From the NCBI GenBank assembly GCA_031835245.2, contig JAVKOQ020000006.1:1-64000 (forward strand): DNA of 64,000 bases. Reading direction: 5' to 3'. The translations under genes were made by a program, and so were the position numbers. The notes under the pieces were generated by a model. It did no database searches. It was not told the DNA's origin and saw only the letters and a program-made list of their open reading frames with translations. This DNA is from Balamuthia mandrillaris. Taxonomy: Eukaryota. This document shows positions 1 to 11,993 of the stretch, piece after piece (within the stretch, counting starts at the first letter, position 1; every line of letters begins with the position of its first letter).

Positions 1-640
1 CTTGCTTTATCTCCTCTTTCCTTCTCCTCTAGCAGTTCTGTACTTGTAGCTTTCTTGCCATCACATCAATGTACACATTGAATAAAAAGGAAGACAAAAC
101 TCCTCCTTACTTAACTCCTCGTTCTACCAGAAATTCCTCAGAGAGCTGCCTGTTCATACAAATGACACTCATCATATCATTGTATCACTCTACAATAATA
201 CCCACTGCTGCCTCTTCTGCAACTCTTTTGTGCCATGTCCTTGCCAGTATGCCATGGTCAAGCATGTCATAGGCCTTGCTGATATCCAACAGAGCAATAT
301 AGGTACATTCTTTGCTTCTCTTTACTTACATTGTTCCATCTCTTGAGCTCTGTTACTTTTCTTTCCACTTGACAGGAACTTTGTTGTACAGTCTTCTATG
401 ATCAGCTTTGAGTCTGACTTGTTCTTCCTCTCCTTTGTCTACATTCCAGATTCTACAGTGATCTTCCCAAAGATTTGGACATCTCAATAGGAAGTGTTCT
501 GCTGTTTCTTCTTCAGCATTGCATGCAGAACACTTCCTGTCCTCTTCAGACTGCTGAATGACTCCCCACTTTTTTCCAATGGGTAGTCCACTACAATGAA
601 TAGTATTTATCAATCATTCTCTCCTTGGATTGGTAATCAT
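1..640 (-). mobile_element. Degenerate non-LTR retrotransposon (LINE) fragments: RT part (1-~320) and C-terminal Cys/His knuckle (~353-640)
   Basis: Reverse complement resembles the LINE at 22330-22570/23490-23550 (LDISKAYD, GVxxGGVLS region) and 22850-23060 (CSACNAEEETAEHFLLRC). Confidence 0.85.
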
Positions 641-699
641 GCCCTTCAAAAAGAATTAAAGTTTTTAACTTGATCAAGATATACATCCTCCACAAAGCT

Positions 700-1285
700 T
701 GAAGACATAGCCTGTTCTGCTGCATTTAGTAGTGTTTGTTACATGCTGTACTTTTTCAACAAGTCCATTGTGTACATTGTCTAATGAAGACAAGTGATGT
801 GGTTGTCCTTACTTCTCGATTTCCAAACCAAGAATGTACTTTGCCACTCCCAAGTCCTTCATTATGAACCTATCAGACATTTCTTCAACATCACAATAGT
901 TTTCAACAACTAACCCATGATAAGTTAATATATATATAAGCCAATCATTACTTTATCTCCTCCTTTGGCACAAAATGTAGACACAGAGATCAGAGATACA
1001 ATGCTTGAATCCAATGTGTACTAGGAATTCAAAAATAGTGTTGTTTCATTCTTTCAGAGCTTGCTTGATTCCATAGATAGTTGTAATAACACAAATCCTT
1101 CACGTTGATGCATATCTAATCAACTCCTTCAACTTCCTATTAAGAAATGCTGTAACCATATCCATTCGATGAATCACCTATCCTTTGCAAGTCGTGATGA
1201 TAATAGTTATCCTCACAAAACTGATCTTCATCGCTGAGGAACACGTCTCATTATAATCTATTCCTCTTCATTGAGCATGTACTCT
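700..1285 (-). mobile_element. Degenerate Ty1/copia reverse transcriptase fragment
   Basis: Minus-strand translation across stops and frameshifts gives GIDYNET, IHRMDMVTAFL, IYGIKQA, GFKHCISDLCVY and MKDLGVAKYILGLEI. These match copia RT motifs (GIDYxETF, HQMDVKTAFL, LYGLKQA, SDPCVY, MKDLG). Confidence 0.85.
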
Positions 1286-2106
1286 TTTTTTCTCTCTTTC
1301 TCTCTTTTTTCTTTCTTTCTAACTATCTCTATTTCTGTTCTTGTTCTGTTCTGTTTTTCAACCAACTAAACATCATACATCCTTATGAATATTTAAGGCT
1401 CCTATCTAAGAATCATGGTTCATTTAATTGTGATTGTCATCATGTGGACAGCCTTCGACCCATTAAATTTATATGGACGATTTTTGGTTCCAACAGAATG
1501 TTGGTAAAATCACCAACACTTATCTCAAGACTCCTCATGTTGGATCTGTCTTGGACTGTCAGCTCTCCTCCTTTCTTTTGTATCCTCTATCCTTCCTTAT
1601 TTCCTTTTCCTTTTTCTCCAGGTGTACTTTGAAGCAATGTCAGAGATTCATTCTCGTTGTCCTTCCTCTATTCTCTTGAATACACTTCTTGTCTCATCAC
1701 TGACTCTTTTATTCTTGAGGTTGGGATTCAACCAACGTTTTTTTTGACTTACATAAGTGATTCAAATCCCTTCTTGCACTACACACATCATGAAAGCCTC
1801 AGTCGCTCTCAACACCCTCTATGAACAGCTTTGCAAGGCACAACAGGAGTACTATCAAATGCTCCAACAATCTTTTCAACTCAAACTCGACATCCTTAAC
1901 TGTCCTGAGTCTGAACATGATGTGAAAGAAGCAGAACAGCACGCCTTAGACAACACCGTAGAATACATTAGAAAGGCCAGGGAGAAGCTACAACAACAGC
2001 TCACTTCACTACTTTCATCTCTTCCTCCTCAGCCACACTAAACACTTCTTCTACTTTCAACACAACTGCTACTTCTGTTTCTCATCACACACAATGTCCT
2101 ACACCT

Positions 2107-2317
2107 TGTTGAAAAACCAATCATTTCTTTCATTATGACTTCCTGTTGACACTTTCCCTGGATATCTCCAAATTTTCCCACCCTTTTTATTTTCCCCTTT
2201 TCTGCACAACACATTCAAAGCACACACTTTGGTCTACACCCCTTTTTCATGTGAATAAACCCAGAGTCACTTATATGCAGTCCCTTTCTTGTTCTGTAGG
2301 GTTATTCCTCATCAACA
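2107..2317 (+). mobile_element. Diverged copy of the ~200-bp TGTTG...CAACA element (family B; solo LTR or MITE-like)
   Basis: Aligns by eye with 23636-23835. Termini are TGTTG/CAACA; flanks ACCT/ACAT form an imperfect 4-bp TSD. Confidence 0.8.
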
Positions 2318-2499
2318 ACATGTCTTGGGATTGGAGAACTGCACTTGCCTACCACTCTAAACAGGCTTTGGGAAAACGAATCAACAACTCTGTTGCTTGC
2401 CCTTCCTTTCTCACAGTTGCACTAGGTAGCTCCTCCTCTCTCTACTCTTTTTCCAATAGCTTTATCGCCTTTTCCTCTCCTCTTTCACAGGTGTCCCCT

Positions 2500-3826
2500 C
2501 TCAGAGAAGTTTGAATGTGGCAGTGAAGGCAGTGAATGCTCTGGGACTTTTAACAGTTCAATGTAAAGAAATCAGTAGTACTAGTACAAGGAAAGAAAGC
2601 TCATTGTCAAGAGTGTAAGGGGAAGGCTGTGGAACGTGTGAAGGAGGCCAAGTGGTTTGAAGAAAGTGGAGAATGGACAACTCATGCCAAGGAGAGGATC
2701 ACCAAGGCCAAGCAAGCCCTTTACAGCCTTAGGCAGCGGGGAGCCATTGCTCAAGGCCTTGGTACACATACTGCCCAGATTGCCACAGAGGCTAGTGTCA
2801 AGTCTACCTTGTCATAAGGATTATACATAATGGAGCTGTCCAAATCATGGTGGAAGAAGATTGAAGCTGTGTGGAATTAGACAGCAAGAAGTGTATTGCA
2901 AGTTCATCAAAGGACTGTGGCAGGGGTTTGTAGAGCAGAATTGGGCTAGTTGACCATCAAGGCCTACTGTGAGTTGGAAAGTCAAGCAGTAGTTCGTCAT
3001 GAGAGGCATTGAGCTTCTTGAACAGATAAGACAAGAGAAGAAAGAAGGTGAGGGAGGTAAAAGGACGAGTATAATGCTGAAAAGGAAGAGGATGAGGGCC
3101 TTAACTCGAGCAGCCAAGGCGGAGTATGTAGCTGAAGGAGAAAGAGGAACAAGAGCATAGCTATAGTATAACTTCTTGACAACTGGAAGATATTTGGTTG
3201 AACAACAACGGAGCTTAGTGATTACCAACCCAAGGAAAGAATATTTGATGAATACTATTCATTGTGGTGAACTGCCCATTGGAAAAAAGTGGGGAGCATT
3301 TCAGCAGTCTGAGGAGGACAGTAAGTGCCCTGTATGCAATGCTAAGGAAGAAACAACAGAACACTTCCTGTTAAGATGTCCAAATCTTTGGGAAGATCAC
3401 TTCAGAATCTGGAGTGTGAACAATGGAGAGAAAGAACAAGTTAGAAAGCTGTGTTATACCACTCTCCCATAATACCTATCCCTATCTCTCCTTGTATATA
3501 TATTTCTTTCATTCTATTAAAGGTCTCTTCCCTGCACACAACGAGTTGGTGTCTGTTGGGTTGTTCCCTCACCGGCCTTATCAGCTGATCATAGAAGACT
3601 GTACAACAAAGCTCCTGTCAAGTGGAAAGAAATGCAATAAATCTCAAGAGATGGAACAATGTAAGCAAAGTTGTAAACGGGTCTGGAGATTATAGGCAGC
3701 AAGAGCAAGTTGGAAGCATGGAAGTTCTTCTGCATTTTATCAATCTTTGGAAGTAATGTAAAAGCAAGAATGTATAGATTGGTGTTGCTTTCAGAGCAAA
3801 TAAACTTCTTATTACTACTACTACTA
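2500..3826 (+). mobile_element. 5'-truncated degenerate LINE copy (end of RT, Cys/His knuckle, AATAAA plus (TAC)n tail)
   Basis: Colinear with 23610-24520 and 22780-23480; encodes CPVCNAKEETTEHFLLRC; ends AATAAACTTCTTATTACTACTACTACTAC. Confidence 0.85.
3452..3583 (+). mobile_element. Solo LTR of gypsy family A inserted in the LINE, with 4-bp TSD GCTG
   Basis: TGTTATACC...CTTATCA is homologous to the LTRs at 24643/29813. GCTG lies at 3448-3451 and 3584-3587. The empty site AGAAAGCTGATTATAG is present in the LINE copy at ~23070. Confidence 0.9.
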
Positions 3827-4070
3827 CATAAAAAGTAAGCATTGTACATACATAGTGTACTCTTACTTCTCTTACTCCCTCATCCTCAATGCCTTCCCAA
3901 TTGTTATTCACGTTCACAAGTGAAAGGTGTTGAATGAGATTTCAGACTGACTTTGTATCATCTAGCTATCCTTTTCATTCCCCTTTCCTTTCTTCTCTTC
4001 TTACTTTTTATGTATAGATTGGTGTTGCTCTCAGAGCAAATAAACTTCTTATTACTACTTCTACTACTTT
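3824..4070 (+). mobile_element. Short LINE 3'-end copy with inverted 5' part
   Basis: About 3824-4000 is the reverse complement of LINE 3'UTR 23260-23435. It is followed by a forward 3' end with AATAAA and a TAC-type tail. Confidence 0.7.
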
Positions 4071-4121
4071 ACTATCACTTGTACTCTTCACTTTTAGTAA
4101 ATTAAGTTCTACTACCTTTAT

Positions 4122-4190
4122 AAGAATGAAAGAAAGAAAGATATTTTCAAGGAGAGATAGGAATAGGTATTATGGAAAAGTGGTATAACA
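4122..4190 (-). mobile_element. Partial family-A LTR remnant
   Basis: GGAGAGATAGGAATAGGTATTATGGAAAAGTGGTATAACA matches the end of 24643-24780. Confidence 0.7.
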
Positions 4191-4326
4191 ATAGAATACA
4201 AGCTTTGCTTCCAGTAGTTGTATCTTCTCCTACTCATCACTGTTTGAACCATTCTTTAAATCATTGTTACTGTCTGTATTTCTCTTAGAGTTGATAAGTT
4301 AATAACAAATACCACCATTTGGTTTT

Positions 4327-6274
4327 TTATTGATAAGTAATTGAAGTAGTTGTTGGTAAGTAAGAGTGTAAAGTATGCCATATTTTGCCAGACTGAATTA
4401 ATTTTGTGACTTGATCTATATCTGGTTTGATAAAACGATCTTTTTCATAAGAAGCAACTTCATTTCTTACAAGAGTATAAACTTTCTCTAGGGGCTCAGT
4501 GCTTGTTAATGGTCGCAAAAAGTCAAGGCCTTGACAAGCTGCAAGCAATTCAACTGCTAACACCTGCAAAACAAAGAACTCAAACTTGAGAAAGTAATTG
4601 AATCAAGTACACAAAAGTAACAAACCATTTCAACATTTTCTACAATGCTTAATGCTTTTCGGGCAGCCCATCCACCCATTGAAACATGATCCTCCTGAGC
4701 AGCAGATGTTGAAATGGAGTCAACAGAGGAGGGATGACAAAGGGCCTTGTTTTCTGACACAAGTGCTGCAGCGGTACAATGAGCAATCATAAAGCCTAAA
4801 GTTATAATAAATATGTGTCACAAAGTAATTGAAGCACAGAAATGAAAAACCGTCACTGTACCTGAATTGAGGCCACCTTCTTTTACCAGGAAAGGAGGTA
4901 ATGCACTCAATGAATTATTGCAGAGGCGTTCAATCCTTCTCTCACTCATATTGCCGATCTCATGAATGGCAATAGCGAGATAGTCCAAGACTTTAGCAGG
5001 ATACTCTCCATGGAAGTTTCCACCAGAGACAATTAGGCCGTTGCTTTCAGGAAATACCATAGGATTGTCAGTTGCACTGTTCATCTCGGTTTCCAATATA
5101 GAGTGAACGAAGTCAATAGTGTCATAAACTACACCATGCACTTGAGGCACACAACGCAGTGTATAACTGTCCTGCACTCGATTACAGTTTGCATGGCTAA
5201 GTGCTATCTCAGAGGGATATTTGGTGCTGTGTAGCAAAGCACGGAGATTCGCTGCCACACGGCCTTGACCCTTATGTGGCCGTGCCTAATCATGATTATG
5301 AAAAATATGTAGATGTTAGTAAGGGGCAGCGGCAGAGGAATGTGACACTAACTTTGTGAATCTCTTCTTTAAAGGCAGCCACTGTGCCTTTTAGAGCTTC
5401 CAAGGTGAGCGCAGCAATAATGTCCGCTGTTCGTGTGGCATTTAGGCAACGGTGTATAGCTTCAGCTCCTGTTTGGTGGTGTTGAATCGTCATAACGTTA
5501 AGCAGAACGGCAACGAAACAGCAGGTAAAATAACCAACCAAGGCTTGTTATAAACTGGGTGCCGTTTATCAAAGCAAGTCCTTCCTTGGCCTGTAACTCC
5601 AGAGGAGAGAGACCAAACTTTGGCAGAACTTCAGAGGCAAGCCCCCATGTTTGCTCTGCAGGATCCCACATCTTGCCTTCGCCCATCAGCCCTAAAGCAA
5701 GGTGAGAGAGCGGAGCCAGATCTCCAGATGCGCCCAAAGTGCCCTGTGGTAATGGTGTTGTAGCGTTGTTGGGGACTATAAGCTTAAGCAAACAGTCAGA
5801 TCACAAAAAAGGGGCTTGAGGCAGTACCTTACAGGGAATGAAGGAAAGGCAGGAAGCGTTGAACGCGTCAATATATTGGGAAAGTGTCTGCCGGGAAATC
5901 CCGCTGTGACCCTTTGCCAATACGTTTATCCTTAGCACCATCATCATCCGCACCCGTTGCGGAGAAAGAGGTTCTCCCACGCCTGCCGCATGAGAACGTA
6001 TCAAGTTGCTTTGGAGGGAGGCCAGCTTATCTCCTGAAATCACAACATCACAAAACTTGCCAAAGCCCGTGTTGATGCCATAGACAGTCTTTCCGCTGGC
6101 CAACACGTTGTCCACAACTTTGCGTCCTTGGTCGACTTTTTGCCAAGCCTCTTCCGTAAGACCAAGTTTTAACTTGCCTGTGCTCGCTGCTAACAACTGC
6201 TCGATTGTTAAAGTTTCCCCATCAAGCAATAATAGCACAGGACTGTCCTCCGAGCTGCTGCTGCTGCTTTCCAT
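4327..6274 (-). CDS. HAL: Histidine ammonia-lyase (multi-exon)
   Basis: Contains [19 protein letters not shown], the MIO-forming [43 protein letters not shown] and QEDHVSMG motifs; GT-AG introns join the ORF pieces. Confidence 0.97.
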
Positions 6275-6620
6275 CTTTTCTTGTGTTTGTAGTGTAACTC
6301 TTCCTCTTCTATTCTCCGCCTTTTAGTGTTGTTAGTGCGTCAAAAAGGGAAACCTTTTTCCTTCTCTCTTTCCTTCCTTTCATCCACCCATATTTTAAGG
6401 ACGATCTTTCGTGTCGACGTGGTATAGTTTTTATCCCAAAAAAGCGCACATGTGCCTTGGATCTTATGATCTGCTTATTATGATCACTGCCTCTTTTTTT
6501 GTTTTTCTCTTTAAAAAACAGGCGTGACGATGTTCTCGGGCGGGCTTTGGTACACAGCACTCACCGAAGATCGCCGCTTCGTCAAACTGGCTTATTTTTC
6601 TTCGGAGCACGGTTGGTCTG

Positions 6621-7904
6621 TTAGCCCAACACAGTCAAAGCACCCAAAATGGCAGAATCCTGCTTTACCCCTTTCTTGAACTCCTGCAGTGTTATCTTGC
6701 CATCTCCTTTGTTTGTAGGGTTGGGTAAGTTAGAGTTGGTGCACGACTTGTGAGCCACCATCGCTTGGCGGTAGCGCACCGTACTTACCATTGACGTCCA
6801 TTTGCTTGAACAGGTGGTCTGTTCGCTTTTCGGGAGTATTTTGCTCTTCGGGCATCTCCTCCATCAGGGATTGGCACATTCTAAAATAAACAGTCACAAT
6901 TTTGAGCATTTCCTCGCGTTCTATGTAGCCGTTGTTGTCTATGTCATACAAATTAAATGTCCCTGTATGTGTGTTGTGTCAACATAACAAACGTCAGTCA
7001 GCCACCATTCAGCAGAGCTTTGAGCTGAGAACATAAGCCGAGAAAATAAAAGAGCTATTCCTACATTCCAATTTCTGAAAGGGTACAAAGAAAAAGGTTT
7101 TGTTAAAATAAAGCCACAGACGGAGGTCCTATTCTAAAGGGTGGTTCATACCTCGTCTACTGTCCCTTGTGTGGTTGTAGAAAGACCAATCATAAACTGT
7201 ATAATATGTTTCAGCCTTTCTGGATCGCTGTTGAAAGACAAGAGCGACTTACCTCCTTCACATTGGGTTCGTAGACACCATTGCAACGTTTGGAAGAGCA
7301 CATTTTAGGCAGACATGTAAGCCGAAGCCCATGAAGATGAAGAATACAACACAAGGATTTCGATGTTAGATATTTTTAAAAGAAGAGGAAGAAGGAGATA
7401 AAGTGGGAGGACGGAAGGTCGAGGACGAGGGACACTGCTATGGGAACTTGAAGATACAAACCTTGAAGTCAACAATGCCATTGCGATCGGTGTCGTAGAC
7501 ATTAAATATATACTCAACCAGTTCTTTATCCGTTCCTGGTGGTTGAAAGGCCAATTTTTAGTGCTAGGAGAGGACATTTCATAGAGACAAGGGGAAACCT
7601 TGGCAGAGGCCTTCCTCCAGCCATTGTTCTTTGGTGATGTAACCCTCTGGATAATTCTTGAGGAAATTTTTGTAGCTGTTGAGTTCCAGAGAAAGGGAAA
7701 GCGTAAACAGAGGAAGCAGGAACGCGTGAATAGTCGGCGGTGGTGGTTGCTACTTACTGTTTTTTTAAATCCTCGGTAGAAACTGCATGCAGAGTTAGAG
7801 TTGTTGGGCGATTACCCTAGAAATAGGAAGAAGACCGTACAATGGGTTACGCTCCTGAAACGGGCCACCTCTTCTTTTGATAACTTGGCCGTTTTGTTTC
7901 CCAT
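6621..7904 (-). CDS. NCS1: Neuronal calcium sensor / frequenin family EF-hand protein, predicted N-myristoylated, with many short exons including predicted 25-, 10- and 3-nt exons
   Basis: Starts MGNKTAKLS. EF-hands YDTDRNGIVDFK(E)F and YDIDNNGYIEREEM; NTPEKRTDHLFKQMDVN; ends DSAILGALTVLG*. Confidence 0.9.
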
Positions 7905-8234
7905 TTCTCCTTGGCAAAGACAACGAAACGAATGGCAGGCTAGTAAACTATCCGCAACGAGAAAGTTGGTGGTCAACAACCAAGTTCGAACTGCACCTCC
8001 TCTCCTCAATCTGCTTCTCCGCTCCTAGAGGAACACAATTAATAAAATAACAAATAGCCATATATTATTAAGGGCAAATTTATTTACTATTATTATTATG
8101 GTTTTTGCCCTCCTGCTGCACAAAAACTGCTCCCTTGCTGCAGCGTGTGGGGAAGCGCTCGCTCCTGGTCTAGTGCTGGCCACTTGTTGTTGTTGTTGTT
8201 GTTAGGGCGGGAAGCAGGTTGGTTGCGAAACCTC

Positions 8235-9298
8235 ATGTCTTCATCGCCCACCCAGTTGCAAGCCGCTGTCGCCACAGTTCTGGAGGCGGAGGCGGAGGCG
8301 GAGGTGGAGGGGCAAGGGGAAATGCTTGCTCCTCCCTCACCACCCAAAGAGAAACACAGCAACTCGCACATACCTCCAGCTTCCAAGTGGAAGAAGCGGT
8401 GGGTCACTACCGGCCACATGAAAGTATTCAAATGGGTACCTGGTACTGACGCCCTCATTTCAATTTGCTGTTTGCGCGCGCTCTCTCTCTCTCTCTCTCT
8501 CTCTCTTTGCTCTCCTCGTCCTCACTCTAATCTCTTGTTCTCGTGGCGGCTTGTCTCACATCTATGCAAACGAGCTTACAGCTGATCCAGTGGGGGTATG
8601 CGTGCATGTTCTTTGTTTAGCATCTTTGGTTGTCTTTCACCCGGCTAACGCTTAACTGCAGGCAAAATATAGGGCCAACAACGCAGCCAACTCAAATGCT
8701 GTACAACGACTCAGCGCTAGAACATTCAACGACAATGCTCCGATCACTCGCAGTGTTACGGCGGCCTTCAAAGAGAAAACGGTTTGTCCTTTCCTTTGTC
8801 ATGAAAACCAACCCATATACCTCTTCCTAATAACTCCGCGTGCAGAAACGAGAGATGGAACAGCGAGCAAAAAAGTCACGACGAGGACGACGCGCCTCCC
8901 CTGCCCCAAGAAGAAGCAGCCGTAGGCTCAGTCGAAAGGACACCCAGATTGTGAGCACCATTTCCCAAAGTAATATTATTACGCCAGAAAGCCTTTACAG
9001 CAGTGACGAGCCCTCCTCGCTATTCCGGGCTAGTGGCCATAACCCCAACACAATCGGGCCAACTGAACAGAACACCGATAGCACCTCTGCCTTCACCACC
9101 ACCAACATGACCGCCGCTACCAATGAACTCCATTCAATGCAGACCACTGCCACCGCCACCATGGCAGTAAGCCGTCCTATGGACGGTCTCATCACCAATG
9201 GCCTGCCAGAATCATTGCCCTTGCCATTTCTTCACTCGGAAGAACCACACCAATACCAACAATCCCAGCCCTTCCATACCTCTAGCAACCAGCAATAA
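8235..9298 (+). CDS. BCL7-like protein (putative SWI/SNF subunit); exons ~8235-8442, 8582-8595, 8662-8781, 8846-9298
   Basis: KWKKRWVTTGHMKVFKWVP resembles the BCL7 N-terminal motif KWEKKWVxxxxxxxxIxKWVP. A 14-nt exon (cag|CTGATCCAGTGGGG|gtatg) keeps the frame. Confidence 0.7.
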
Positions 9299-9521
9299 CC
9301 AACAAAGAGCTTTCTTAACCTTCAAAAAAAAAAGTAGCGCGATGCACAGCAACAACCTCATACTGGCGAGAATTGCTGCTAGCGGTCAGTACACCCTTGC
9401 CTGAGGAAGTGAGGCGATCCCACTTCCCATGTTCATTCCTTATATGCACTACCAATTGCTTCTCCGCAAGTGCTTGTTATCACCATTGCTTCTCACTTCA
9501 ACCCTTTCCTCTTCTGGAGCG

Positions 9522-9798
9522 CTATTTCTCGTGCCGTCGCCGAGCAGTTCGTTTATCCTTCAGGGGGTCATAGACAGTGTAAACGTCTTCATCCTTCGTA
9601 GCAAAGCGAAGATTAGTAACTGTCCAACAAGCATTGTTTTTACACTTCCTCTTGTCTTGCCTTGTTCTTCATTCTTTGTTCTCCCTCCCTCCCTCCCTCC
9701 CTCCCTCCCTCCCTCCTCCCTCCCCTCCCTCCCTCCCTCCCTCCCTCCCTCCCTCCCTCCCTCCCTCCCTCCCTCCCTCCCTCCCTCCCTCCCTCCCT

Positions 9799-9837
<39 letters not shown>

Positions 9838-11134
9838 GGGGTAAGACTTCCTACCGTCCACAGTTTCGTTTTTTTTTAGAATTTAAGGGCGTGACCCTTC
9901 CAATCCTCTTCTGGTTCCCGCTGTTGCAATGACTGCTTGAACTTATTTAGCTTTTCCATGGTCTGAGAAGATTGAGTTAGGGAATTATCAGTGAAGCGAA
10001 AAAAGAAACGCTACGACAAAGGGATAAAACCTGTTGTTGCCGTTGCTGGCTAGCTTTTCGTGTTTTCTCCAAGTACTTTTGTGGAAATGCAAAGATGGTT
10101 TTTAGTTTAACCCATTGGTTTGCCACACATTCGCAAAAATAGGATAGGGTGTGCGATAAAAGCAGACAAGAACCAACCTTGAGTCTCATCTTCTCTGCAG
10201 GAGATACGTAGTCTGCTGCTGCTGCTGGCAACTCTGGCTGCTCCTTTAATGCCTTTACCTCTTTCTTAAAAGATAGAATTGATCTCTTCAGTCTCTTTTC
10301 TTCCTTTCGTCGCTGTTTTCTGAGAAAGAGTCTTGATGTCAGTGCTCAGCGTTAAGAGGACAAAAACGAATCTATTGGTAAGTAAAGGAATTGCGTTACC
10401 TTTCGTGTTCCCGTATATCTTCTTCGCGTGTATGCGTGGGATCTTTGTTGCCGTTCTTGTTTTCGGCCTCTTTGAGCATTTTGGGATAGAAACGTGACAC
10501 GCTTTAGCTAACACAAAATAACTCAAGTGAGAGAAGTATCATACCTTGATCGCCACTAGCTTTACGTTTACGCGAGCTACTCTCTAGTTTCCGTTTGATG
10601 GCGTCGAGAGAATTATTCTCTGCTGGAGTTGCATCAGGAAGAGGCAGACTCGTTGAGGTATCCTGCCCACGTGAGGTCTTAGCCTCCTCTCTGTCATTCG
10701 CTATTTTGCAATCCTCTGCAACCTCCTTCGTTGAGGGGCTTTGAGCAGCAAGAACACTACTCTTCATGCGAGGTTTGGCTGGTGCTCTCACTTCCTCCTC
10801 TTCCCCAAACGAGAGCAGGTTTCTGCAGGGTGAAGGAAAGATGAGCCCACCAATCGGCCTGCCTTCCCACTACAAAAATAACTAAAAATGACATACGTGG
10901 AACGCTTTGCGAAGCGCTCTTTATCTTGCTGCTCCTGATTCTGTTGTGACGCTTCCTTAGGAGGGGCTCGCCTCTTCAGTTCACGCGGGACTATGTCTGA
11001 GAAAGGGTGAGACAGCACTTCTGTGCTGAGAATCTGTGGAGGGTCCAGCGGCCTTTCGTTATCGTCTACCTCATACTCGTTCAACCTTAAAACGTTGAAG
11101 ATTGTATTACCCGTTACCTGCACTCAGCGTGAAT

Positions 11135-11173
<39 letters not shown>

Positions 11174-11612
11174 AGAGGTTAGAGTAATCAGTGAGAGACT
11201 GAGAGACAGAGAGTACTTTGCCAAATATGGTGTGCTTGTTGGTAAGCTCCTCAGCTTTTTCCAAGGTGATGAAGAACTGGCTGGCGTTTGTGTTGGGGCC
11301 ACTGCTGGCCATGGCAACTATGCCCCTGTGACTGAAACGAAGGCGGGAGTGAAACTCATCAGCAAAAGGAGCTCCAAAAACGGACTCTCCTCCGATACCA
11401 GTGCCAGTGGGGTCGCCCCCTTGCACAATGAAGTTCCGCACGATACGGTGGAAAATAGTGCCGTCATAGTAGCCTTCAAGGCAAAGTTGAACAAAGTTTC
11501 TGCAAGCCTTCTTTGCCTCTTTCGCCCAAAGCTCAATGTCTATGGGACCTACCGTGGTGTGGAGCACCACCTTTCCGGTGGTCATGGGCTCTGATACATA
11601 AATGCTGGACAT
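9522..11612 (-). CDS. CWC27: Spliceosome-associated cyclophilin CWC27
   Basis: Motifs MSSIYVSEPxTTGKV, IELWAKEA, RNFVQLCLEGYY, DEFHSRLRF, TGNTIFNV, NLLSFGEE, EDWKGHALKF and a terminal YTVYDP. An in-frame TAA sits at 9876-9878 (see findings). Confidence 0.93.
9683..9835. repeat. (CCCT)n followed by (CT)n microsatellite, in the last CWC27 intron
   Basis: Read directly from the sequence. Confidence 0.95.
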
Positions 11613-11993
11613 GGTGGTGACGGGTGGTGATGGGGGTGGGTGGGTGGGATGGGGAGCTTTCTTTGCCGCCACCCTCTTCGAGAAGCTACAGCCTCCGCCC
11701 CACAGAATGCCAGTGAGGAGAGGGGCCAGATATTGTTAGTACCCCTCATTCATTTTCCCGCCAAAACGGGAACGCTACCGTTTTCCCCTTCGCTGCCAAT
11801 TGTTGCTCTTGTCAACGTTGACTATAGCCTATTGCATCGTTAGCACGCACTTGGTCGCCCCTCCCCCGCCAAAGTCGCCAACGCCAACGTCCTCGCCGCT
11901 GCCGCTACCACTGCACTGCCACAGCCGTTCGACGCTAACTACAGGTGATCGCTCAAATCAACAAACACAACCTCTCTCATCTTCCTCTCCAGC

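Noticed and set aside
1757..2041. Coiled-coil-like 94-aa ORF in the first TE island
   Set aside because: Cannot be assigned; it may be a TE or gene remnant, but no homologous copy or motif is visible in the window.
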